Below are positions 26,299 through 33,728 of a DNA stretch of 37,950 nucleotides, in pieces. The DNA is from a virus (Duplodnaviria; Caudoviricetes). Positions within the stretch are counted from its first letter, which is position 1. Every line of letters begins with the position of its first letter. Where the stretch lies: the IMG/VR virus record IMGVR_UViG_3300009181_000168, positions 1 through 37,950 of that record; one strand, 5' to 3'. The notes under the pieces are model-generated. The model was not told the origin of the DNA. It made no database searches and was given only the letters and a program-made list of their open reading frames with translations. The translations under genes were made by a program, and so were the position numbers.

Positions 26299-26580
26299 CT
26301 ATTCAATGACACCCCGCGCGCCGAGTCCGTACGCATGAATGACCGCCACCAACTCGCGCGCCGAATGTGCAGCGGGACGATCAAGCACAAACCAACGACC
26401 ACCCCCGCCCCCGATCCGCTCAAGCCACAACGACCAACCGCCTGCCGTAGAGCCATATCGCCAACGGTAACCCGCAACCAGGGGAAGCCCCCGCGCGACA
26501 ATCGGCAAACAACCAGCCCCGCACCTATGGCCTAATGGATCAAGCCCGACACAAGGCAAACGATCTACGCGCTCAGACAT
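26299..26580 (-). CDS. Hypothetical protein
   Basis: MSERVDRLPC...; ends just before the terminator. Confidence 0.5.
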   Translation of the reverse strand: MSERVDRLPCVGLDPLGHRCGAGCLPIVARGLPLVAGYRWRYGSTAGGWSLWLERIGGGGGRWFVLDRPAAHSARELVAVIHAYGLGARGVIE

Positions 26581-26631
26581 GACAGACCACAATTACCACA
26601 ACAAACCACATGACCAAACACGCCAAACCAA

Positions 26632-27615
26632 TCACAACGCCACCAGCCCGCGACGAACCCGAACCGCAACCGCAGAACCCAATCGCCCCGCCGTCTTGCC
26701 GTTGTTCTTGCCCCCATGTAATAGGAAGGTGACACCGCGAACCTGCCCGCCTGGCAAACAAACACCGCAAGCAACGCAAGCCCCAACACCCAACCCGCCA
26801 CGAACCGCCGACGACCGCCGACCATCCAACCCGACAACATGAGCGGAAACATCGACACCATCCCGCGCCCACTTGCCCGACGCTGGACACTCAACCGCCG
26901 ACGGTACAGGAGCAACCGCCAAAGCGCGCGCCCAAAGTTCTACGGCGTGAGTCTGATTATCGGCAAGCATTGCCAACGGCAAACCAAGCCGACTACCCGC
27001 CCGCGCCATTTTGACAACGTTGAAAGAATCAGCCGAAAGAAACACCCGCAAATTATCGGGAGCAGGTAGCAGGCTCTTCACCTTGACCGCGTCCCGCGTG
27101 TAGATCCAATGATCTACCGATGAAGTCGCAACAACCGCAGAACGCATCGCGCGCCCGTACCAGGTCGCGAAAATATCACCGCCCGAATGCCAACGGAAAC
27201 ACGGCGAAGCAACACCGCGCGCCCGTTGCTGGTTCTCGGAATGTTGAACACACGCAACCAACGCCGACACAACCGCCGACAGTCCCGCGCATTCTTTTAT
27301 ATGGTGAAGGTTCGCCAAGTTGACCGAAGCACCACGAGCAAACGCGCCGTACAAGCTTTCAAGGTTTGCTGCGTAACAATCGACACACGCCGAGGTTGTG
27401 GCATCACAAGACCCGCCCGCATTTATTGGGCCAACCGGGAGCGGAAAAGCATTCGGAACTAACGCCTTAGCCGAACCCTTGAAAGGTATATCTACTATAG
27501 GCGAGGTCTTCGCGTCGTTGTGGAGCATGAACCGCAACGACAAACCGCAACGACACAACACAACAACACCGCCCCCAGGCGACGCGGTAACGGTAGGTAA
27601 ACGATCTTTGCGCAT
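26632..27615 (-). CDS. Gp88-family (radical-SAM-like, Cys-rich) protein, copy 1
   Basis: AAGGGG RBS; F.LP...SCDATTSACVDCYA, FRWHSGGDIF, HWIYTR, PDNLRVFLSAD, C-terminal CP...CVACGVC. Confidence 0.8.
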   Translation of the reverse strand: MRKDRLPTVTASPGGGVVVLCRCGLSLRFMLHNDAKTSPIVDIPFKGSAKALVPNAFPLPVGPINAGGSCDATTSACVDCYAANLESLYGAFARGASVNLANLHHIKECAGLSAVVSALVACVQHSENQQRARGVASPCFRWHSGGDIFATWYGRAMRSAVVATSSVDHWIYTRDAVKVKSLLPAPDNLRVFLSADSFNVVKMARAGSRLGLPLAMLADNQTHAVELWARALAVAPVPSAVECPASGKWARDGVDVSAHVVGLDGRRSSAVRGGLGVGACVACGVCLPGGQVRGVTFLLHGGKNNGKTAGRLGSAVAVRVRRGLVAL

Positions 27616-27632
27616 AAATTCCCCTTACATAT

Positions 27633-27658
27633 AAAAAGCCCGCCCCCATTGGGCGAGC
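27633..27658 (-). terminator. Terminator-like hairpin immediately upstream of Gp88 copy 1
   Basis: Minus strand GCTCGCCC-AATGG-GGGCGGGC-TTTTT. Confidence 0.65.
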
Positions 27659-27661
27659 AGT

Positions 27662-27705
27662 ACGCGGTCAGGAATCGAACCCAACAACCCCCCAACGGGG
27701 CGCGC
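27662..27705 (-). ncRNA. Mini tRNA-like element (T-arm plus closing stem)
   Basis: Minus strand GCGCG / CCCC-GTTG-GGGG / GTTGGG-TTCGATT-CCTGAC / CGCGT; canonical T-loop but no D-arm, anticodon arm or CCA. Confidence 0.5.
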
Positions 27706-27713
27706 GGTAACCG

Positions 27714-27995
27714 TTAAAACTGCAAAGGATGGAAAGTATCAACCCCAAACAAAGTGAGCGCGAAATAATTCTCACCATCGGGCAGAATCGCGTCGTTAAT
27801 GTTCAGATAATCGCCATCAGGTGACCCAATCAAAACCTGAGTTGAATTATCCAAACCATCAAGCCAACGGCGCAACTCGCCCACCGTTAAAATGCCATTG
27901 TCTCGCGCGTCCTGTAGCCGTAAATCCATCTCACTATCTAACCGCTGACACTCGGCGCACTCATGCCCGCAAACATGAAACCCATAACGACTCAT
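27714..27995 (-). CDS. Hypothetical early protein
   Basis: ATGA-coupled; CGHECAEC and LTVGELRRWLDGL motifs. Confidence 0.7.
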   Translation of the reverse strand: MSRYGFHVCGHECAECQRLDSEMDLRLQDARDNGILTVGELRRWLDGLDNSTQVLIGSPDGDYLNINDAILPDGENYFALTLFGVDTFHPLQF

Positions 27996-28354
27996 GACCA
28001 ACCCCCTACATACCTAGACCCGCGATAGCCACCATTTAGAAAAGCCTGATTCAACCAAATACGCGCTTGATATTCCATAGTCCGACCGACAACCGCATCT
28101 AACAAACGAACACAACGACCCGAACCATACGGAATATCTAAATGATCCCGCACCGCTTCACTCGTCCCGCCGTATTCCATCTCATTTATATATACGGACT
28201 CAATCGCACAATTTACGCAACGATCACAAAACCCGAAAGCATCCACAGCCCCGCAGATATCGCAATCACCGCGCCATATCTCCCACGACTCCGCCAACGC
28301 CTGAGCGCATAGAAGCGCGTGATGATCCACTACCGATTCAGTAAACGACCGCAT
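27992..28354 (-). CDS. Hypothetical early protein with CxxC motifs
   Basis: TGATG-coupled; CDIC...CDRCVNC. Confidence 0.6.
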   Translation of the reverse strand: MRSFTESVVDHHALLCAQALAESWEIWRGDCDICGAVDAFGFCDRCVNCAIESVYINEMEYGGTSEAVRDHLDIPYGSGRCVRLLDAVVGRTMEYQARIWLNQAFLNGGYRGSRYVGGWS

Positions 28355-28707
28355 CAGATGACCCCCCAACCGCTCAAAGTCTCAGCAACAAAATCGACCA
28401 ACTCATCCATGGTCAACGGCGGAAAACTCTCGTCATTCAAATATGCCATGCGGTCAGCCTCGCAACTCGTCTCATAATCTGAGTAGTAACCGAGCATGGC
28501 AAAACGATCACGACCAATCCGAACCACCGACGCGTCACGAGTCAACATGACATAAGCAGTCTTCGGATCGTTCAGATCAACATCACGAAGAACACACGCG
28601 ACCAACGCGTCACAACCCCCGCCCGTCTGTTCAAGTTCCCACGACAAACCCGTCGCATGGAGTAGCCGATCTATCTGCTCATCTATCGCGTCAAAGTATG
28701 CGCTCAT
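28354..28707 (-). CDS. Hypothetical early protein
   Basis: ATGA-coupled; EQTGGGC motif. Confidence 0.7.
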   Translation of the reverse strand: MSAYFDAIDEQIDRLLHATGLSWELEQTGGGCDALVACVLRDVDLNDPKTAYVMLTRDASVVRIGRDRFAMLGYYSDYETSCEADRMAYLNDESFPPLTMDELVDFVAETLSGWGVI

Positions 28708-28886
28708 GATTCACCGCCAGCACTCAACAATTTGACAACATCAAAAGCAACCCGCAAAGAAACGCCGTAACGATCACGAACCCAATAGATACGATTCTCA
28801 GCGTCAAGCTCTGACAACGTTTCTAGATCAGACGGTGGCAAAGACCACGCCAACCGCTTGGCACTATTAGAAATATCTCCGAACAT
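28704..28886 (-). CDS. Hypothetical early protein (first gene of leftward operon)
   Basis: AGGGG RBS; directly downstream of a near-consensus promoter. Confidence 0.65.
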   Translation of the reverse strand: MFGDISNSAKRLAWSLPPSDLETLSELDAENRIYWVRDRYGVSLRVAFDVVKLLSAGGES

Positions 28887-28947
28887 AATTAACCCCTATC
28901 AAATAAGGCCCGAAATGAGCCGAGAACCCGCACGAGTTCACCCCTAC

Positions 28948-28977
28948 ATTATGCGCACACTCTCAGCCGAATGTCAA
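28948..28977 (-). promoter_or_regulatory. Near-consensus sigma70/SigA promoter driving the leftward early operon
   Basis: Minus strand TTGACA-18 nt-CATAAT, ~60 nt upstream of the 28886 start. Confidence 0.75.
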
Positions 28978-29268
28978 GTGTTAACCCCGCCAATATCGGG
29001 ACGACCGAAACCGGGACGACCAACCCGCGGAAATTCGGAGCAAGTCGCGCCACAATCGACAGCCCTAGTCGGCAAGCACGCTTACCGCGTCGCGATGGTG
29101 GCAACCGAGGAACGAGGACGCCAGCCCTACGCCTACCCCATCGCCAACCGACTGACCGAGCAGACCCAACGCCTAGACCGTACCCCTAGACCGTGTGACT
29201 AGACGGCAAGACTATACCGACGGTTCAATGCCCCACCACCTACCAGGAGCCATGCCCGCCACCGTCCA

Positions 29269-29306
29269 CCCCCACCCCACGCCCACTGGGGGGCCCCACC
29301 CCCCCC
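29269..29306 (-). other. G-tract cluster (G-quadruplex-capable on minus strand)
   Basis: Minus strand runs G8, G4, G3, G4, G5 within 38 nt. Confidence 0.6.
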
Positions 29307-29319
29307 TACCAATTCACTC

Positions 29320-29800
29320 TCCCGTATTTTTTGACCTTTTCCAAAGGTGTGTCCTTGCCGGGGGCTTGGCGTCTTCGACGTTGGAAGGTCAACTGATGGA
29401 AGGTCAAGGTCAAGGGCTTCCGCCGTTGGCGGCTAACGCCTCTCCATCGCCAGCGTGGCTGTCGAAGAGAGTTGTTGTCATCCGTGTGTTGTCACATCGG
29501 TGACTTTAACTTTGCTTCAGACCTTTCGGTCTGCCCCAATGCCCTACCGTTGGCGGCCCTACACCGTACCAACACCCGAACCTTAACGATGTTCACTCGT
29601 TTTCATATATTAACTACCTACCCACGGCTTACTAGCTGGCATCCGATTCGACTGTCGGCTTGACTCTATGCATGGGATCCGAACCCCCTTTCAGGTCACG
29701 TTGTCCCTACGCTCCTGGTTAGACAGGCTTACTACGGGCGAGTTCCGCTGGTGTGTCATCCCGACATGACCAGCTTCGTAAGTTCGGTGACATGACAATA
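29320..29800 (-). ncRNA. Candidate large structured non-coding RNA / origin element
   Basis: No credible ORF; many hairpins, two with GAAA tetraloops only on the minus strand; extended -10-like TGcTATTGT at ~29795-29803 (minus). Confidence 0.5.
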
Positions 29801-29881
29801 GCACGAGGATGTTTGGTGATAGTGTCAGTTTTTGTAACAGGACAAAGTCTTTTAGATATTTGTTTTTAGATATGGAGAATT

Positions 29882-30166
29882 ATGGCCACCGTCGATGATG
29901 TGATGAAGACTGTTATCAGATTAGGTAACGATGCTCTTGTCGCTCAAGCCCGATTTGCGTTAGAAAGTGCCGGGATTTTCCTAACTCCTGATATGTGTAA
30001 GGCAGCTTTCTGTGCAGCAGCGCACATTGTTGAGCTTGCAGAGCGTTCATATGACGTAAACTCGTTGACAGCAAGCGAAATGGTTGCCACACAGTCGGTT
30101 GGTTCGCTCGCAATGCAGATTTGGGCCACCCTTCATGACTTGACATCGGGCAAAGATTTGATATGA
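29882..30166 (+). CDS. Hypothetical protein, first gene of packaging operon
   Basis: GGAG RBS; ATGA-coupled to next gene. Confidence 0.7.
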   Translation: MATVDDVMKTVIRLGNDALVAQARFALESAGIFLTPDMCKAAFCAAAHIVELAERSYDVNSLTASEMVATQSVGSLAMQIWATLHDLTSGKDLI

Positions 30167-30717
30167 CGATGAGAAAAGCGTTTGATGACGCAGATGACAT
30201 CCTTGAAGGTATCAAAGGTCGCCGCCCCACCCAGGCTAAGTCCACTCGTGTGGTCGAAAACATGGATGAGATCGTCGTTATTTCTAAAGGCGAGGCTCAA
30301 CAAGCCAAACGGGCGCACCGTGCAGCCGACATTGAAGAAGTTCGGGTCAAAAAGGTGCTGGAAAAAGAAGAAAGACGTAAGTCTGCCGAACAATTGAAGG
30401 TTTTAGGGCAAGATCTGCTCGCTTCGGGGGTCGCTAGTCGGGAAATACTCCCCAAATTGGCGCAAGCCATCATTGTTGACCTCGGTTTACGCCTGGTTAG
30501 CAACGAATGGGAGATCAAGTCTGCCGAAGAAGCCACAAAGGTAGCAAAAATTTGGTATGACATCCTCAGGTTGGAGTCAGGACAAGCAACAACGATCAAC
30601 GAGAACCGTACCGGGAACCCCGAAGACCGTTTGTCACGCTTAGAAGAGTTAAGATCAGAAGCGAAAGCTCGTGTCGAAGCAGGCTTGCGAGCAATAGGGG
30701 ATGGAAACAACGGATGA
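30163..30717 (+). CDS. Putative terminase small subunit
   Basis: 184 aa, helical and charged, LRLESGQAT-type C-terminal segment; position upstream of TerL; no diagnostic motif. Confidence 0.45.
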   Translation: MTMRKAFDDADDILEGIKGRRPTQAKSTRVVENMDEIVVISKGEAQQAKRAHRAADIEEVRVKKVLEKEERRKSAEQLKVLGQDLLASGVASREILPKLAQAIIVDLGLRLVSNEWEIKSAEEATKVAKIWYDILRLESGQATTINENRTGNPEDRLSRLEELRSEAKARVEAGLRAIGDGNNG

Positions 30718-31457
30718 CAACTAAACCTGAGCGTTTATTAACACAGAACAGCGAGTTACGCAAGGTAGGTGTGTGGAACTGGACGCTCCCAGCGCACACT
30801 CTGAAACTTACGGACGGCTCCTGGTTCAACACTTGCCCTAACGCTGGTGCTTGTGGCCGTGTTTGCTACGCCAAAATGGGAACATACCTGTTCTCTAACG
30901 TGCGCCGTCGCCACCTACAAAACCTTGAGTATGTGTTGTACAACGAAAATTGGTGGCAAGAAATGGCTATCGAATTAGATCACAAACGATTCTTGCCAAT
31001 AAACAAACCACATGATCTTCCCCACGATGAAAACGATCAATGGTTGCACCAATGGGTCTTGAGTGGTGGACGAGCTGTCCGAATCCACGATGCAGGCGAT
31101 TTCTTTAGTGCTGAGTACCTTGCCGACTGGATTGACATTGCTTACGAACATGACCACGTTTTGTTCTATGCGTACACCAAAGAAGTAGAAATGTTTCAGA
31201 AAATTGACTACATTCCAAAAAATTTTCGTATTGCGTTCTCATACGGTGGCAAACAAGACCATCTCATTAACCGGGAACGAGATCGACACGCCGATGTCTT
31301 TCCCACTAAAGAAGCATTAGAAGCAGCGGGATACTTTGACCAGTCAGACAATGACCTACTTGCCGTCGTTGCACCAAGCAACAAGATCGGAATCGTGGCT
31401 AACAACCTGCCAGTCGCTAACAAGCGGTTTGCGGGTCGCACCATGAGCGAACTATGA
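30714..31457 (+). CDS. Gp88-family (radical-SAM-like) protein, copy 2
   Basis: LLTQNSELRK...WTLPA...TCPNAGACGRVCYA, VRIHDAGDFFS, FYAYTK, PKNFRIAFSYGG. Confidence 0.8.
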   Translation: MTTKPERLLTQNSELRKVGVWNWTLPAHTLKLTDGSWFNTCPNAGACGRVCYAKMGTYLFSNVRRRHLQNLEYVLYNENWWQEMAIELDHKRFLPINKPHDLPHDENDQWLHQWVLSGGRAVRIHDAGDFFSAEYLADWIDIAYEHDHVLFYAYTKEVEMFQKIDYIPKNFRIAFSYGGKQDHLINRERDRHADVFPTKEALEAAGYFDQSDNDLLAVVAPSNKIGIVANNLPVANKRFAGRTMSEL

Positions 31458-33025
31458 ACTTCCTGTCAGATGACGAGTTTGGTCAACTTACTGGGTCAGA
31501 ACAAGACGAATACTTACGTTTACTAGAGATCGACCTACAAGCGTGGAAACTGACAGGTAACAAACGCCAGGAGAAAGCCCACGCCCTAGTAAAGAAAGTT
31601 GACTGGTTACTTTACGGTGGTGCAGCTGGTGGTGGCAAATCCGAACTACTTGCCTACCATGCACACGAACTATCAGAGAAATACCCCGGTCACCGCACAC
31701 TCCTAGTACGAACCGCACTCCCCGAGCTACGACGATCACTCATTATTCGATCCCAAGTCCGATACGCCCAACTAAACGTGGATGCAGCCCTACGATCCAT
31801 TGACAACGTCAAAGCCTGGTGGTACGGCAACGGATCAGTAATCGAATACGGATTCTGCGCCCGTGACGAAGATGTTGGACAATATATGTCTGCCGAGTAC
31901 GACTTCATCGGTTTTGACGAAGCAACCCAGTTCACCCCCTACCAAATGCTCATGATGTCAGGCCGACTACGAACAAGCCGAAAAATGACTGCATTAGGCG
32001 TAAGAACCCACGTTATGTTCGCAACGAACCCTGGCGACCGTGGACACACATTTCTATACAAAATGCTGGTACAACCCACCCAACACGGCAAATACGCTGT
32101 TGTCTACGATGTACGCGACGGATTTGAAAACCCTGACGTAGTACGCCGAGTTGAACTCCCCGACGACCCAGCAGAGATAGACAAACTAGAAATACCCCAC
32201 GACCCCACCGATCACCTCATCGTCGCGTTCGTACCATCAACCGTGGACGACAACCCCCACATTGACCCCACATACCGCAAACACCTATCTATGCTTCCCG
32301 AAACAGAACGCAAACAAAAACTGTTAGGCGACTGGGATACTTTCACCGGGCAATACTTCTCCGAATTCAACCGAGACATCCACGTCATACCACCATTTGA
32401 AATTCCGCCCGAATGGCCACGCTACCGAGGAATTGACTTTGGTACAGCAAACCCTTATTGCTGCCTGTGGGGAGCCTGGAACCCAGCCGACGGAACCTGC
32501 TACGTCTACCGAGAGGCATACCAAAAAAACCTCACCGCAGCACAACAAGCCATGCAAATCAAAGAAATGTCCAAAACCAGCGACGGCCACAACGAACGAA
32601 TCACCGCCACCGTCATCGACCCATCCACATACAGCAACGTCCAAGGCTTAGGACAAACAGTCGCAGGCGTATACAACTCACTAGGAGTCTCCACCAGTCG
32701 AGCCAAAAACGCCCGTATCTCAGGCTGGCAAAACGTCCACCGCTACCTGCAACCAGGCGTTATCAATGATGAGCCAAAATTAAAAATTTTCTCTACTTGC
32801 GAGCATCTACTCCGCACCCTGCCCGCGATGCGCCACGACAAAACAAAAATTGAAGATGTTGACACCGACGACGAAGACCATGCAGTTGACGCGCTCCGAT
32901 ATCTGCTAGCCTGCCGTCCGTACAATGAAATCACCCGCAAACATAAGCACGCCACCTATGATGCGGAAGGCAGAGTACAAAGGTTCATGGAGAAGTTGGA
33001 CAAAACAAAAAAGCGGAGATGGTAA
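31454..33025 (+). CDS. terL: Terminase large subunit
   Basis: Walker A YGGAAGGGKS, Walker B IGFDEATQF, ATNPG coupling motif, nuclease GIDFG and DHAVDALRY. Confidence 0.95.
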   Translation: MNFLSDDEFGQLTGSEQDEYLRLLEIDLQAWKLTGNKRQEKAHALVKKVDWLLYGGAAGGGKSELLAYHAHELSEKYPGHRTLLVRTALPELRRSLIIRSQVRYAQLNVDAALRSIDNVKAWWYGNGSVIEYGFCARDEDVGQYMSAEYDFIGFDEATQFTPYQMLMMSGRLRTSRKMTALGVRTHVMFATNPGDRGHTFLYKMLVQPTQHGKYAVVYDVRDGFENPDVVRRVELPDDPAEIDKLEIPHDPTDHLIVAFVPSTVDDNPHIDPTYRKHLSMLPETERKQKLLGDWDTFTGQYFSEFNRDIHVIPPFEIPPEWPRYRGIDFGTANPYCCLWGAWNPADGTCYVYREAYQKNLTAAQQAMQIKEMSKTSDGHNERITATVIDPSTYSNVQGLGQTVAGVYNSLGVSTSRAKNARISGWQNVHRYLQPGVINDEPKLKIFSTCEHLLRTLPAMRHDKTKIEDVDTDDEDHAVDALRYLLACRPYNEITRKHKHATYDAEGRVQRFMEKLDKTKKRRW

Positions 33026-33522
33026 TGAGAATCGTTGATAACTACAATTATTTGCCAGGATGCTGTTGGATCTGTCGAGGGGTCGCTAAACCGATCATTG
33101 ACATGGAACTAGACCTAGACGGACATAACAGTCCCGAAGACGCAAACCCATCAGCAATCACACGGTTATATATCTGTGCCGACTGTGCATTAGAACTAGC
33201 TCGCATGGTTGCACCAGCCCGTGCAATCTCCATGCACCGCTACGGAGAATTAGAAGCAATGACCAAACTTGCCACCGAAATGGGTGAACGAGCAGAAATA
33301 GCAGAAGAACGCCTTGCCTTAATCGCAGGAGCAATTGTGGGTGTAGACTCACAACCTGTAGAGCAGGCAGGCCCTACAAGTCAACTCGACGAGGATGATC
33401 CGCAACCAGGCTCCGCACGGCCCGATGTAGTTGGATCACCCCTTTCCAACAAGCGTGGTCGTCCTCGTCGGGAAGACACCCCCAAACCCGAAATAGATAC
33501 TGATTTTGTTGGTGACCTGTGA
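33025..33522 (+). CDS. Hypothetical protein with CxxC pairs and RGRPR AT-hook-like tail
   Basis: CWIC...CADC; KRGRPRR near C-terminus; TAATG coupling to TerL. Confidence 0.65.
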   Translation: MRIVDNYNYLPGCCWICRGVAKPIIDMELDLDGHNSPEDANPSAITRLYICADCALELARMVAPARAISMHRYGELEAMTKLATEMGERAEIAEERLALIAGAIVGVDSQPVEQAGPTSQLDEDDPQPGSARPDVVGSPLSNKRGRPRREDTPKPEIDTDFVGDL

Positions 33523-33728
33523 TATTCGCAGCGTTCAGCCTCGTCGCCCTACTGGGCATTGTCCTGTTGTTACTACGCGAGAACCGTAGATTGACTAATC
33601 TATTGTTGGCAAAGAATCCATCAGCAGCTATCGCCGCCGAAAAGTTCTCTAAGTCAACAAAGAAAGAACAAGTCGATCCGAAGTCACGCACATCGTGGCA
33701 ATCACCAACTGAAGGCGTAGGGCCATGA
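33519..33728 (+). CDS. Small single-TM protein
   Basis: N-terminal hydrophobic helix; GTGA/ATGA coupling on both sides. Confidence 0.65.
   Translation: MIFAAFSLVALLGIVLLLLRENRRLTNLLLAKNPSAAIAAEKFSKSTKKEQVDPKSRTSWQSPTEGVGP

Noticed and set aside
26287-27634. Several plus-strand ORFs over the leftward operon
   Set aside because: Antisense to motif-bearing, RBS-led minus-strand genes; low-complexity translations
27662-27705. Bona fide tRNA gene
   Set aside because: Only ~44 nt; lacks D-arm, a proper anticodon arm and CCA; kept only as a tRNA-like element
28858-29663. ORFs 28858-29202, 28971-29189, 29195-29503 and 29472-29663
   Set aside because: Mostly non-ATG starts, no RBS, cross promoter, homopolymer and hairpin tracts; translations not protein-like
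29320-29800. Known ribozyme, group II intron or c-di-AMP riboswitch
   Set aside because: I could not find a hammerhead CUGANGA/GAAA core, a group II domain V, or the ydaO consensus by eye; a covariance-model search is still needed
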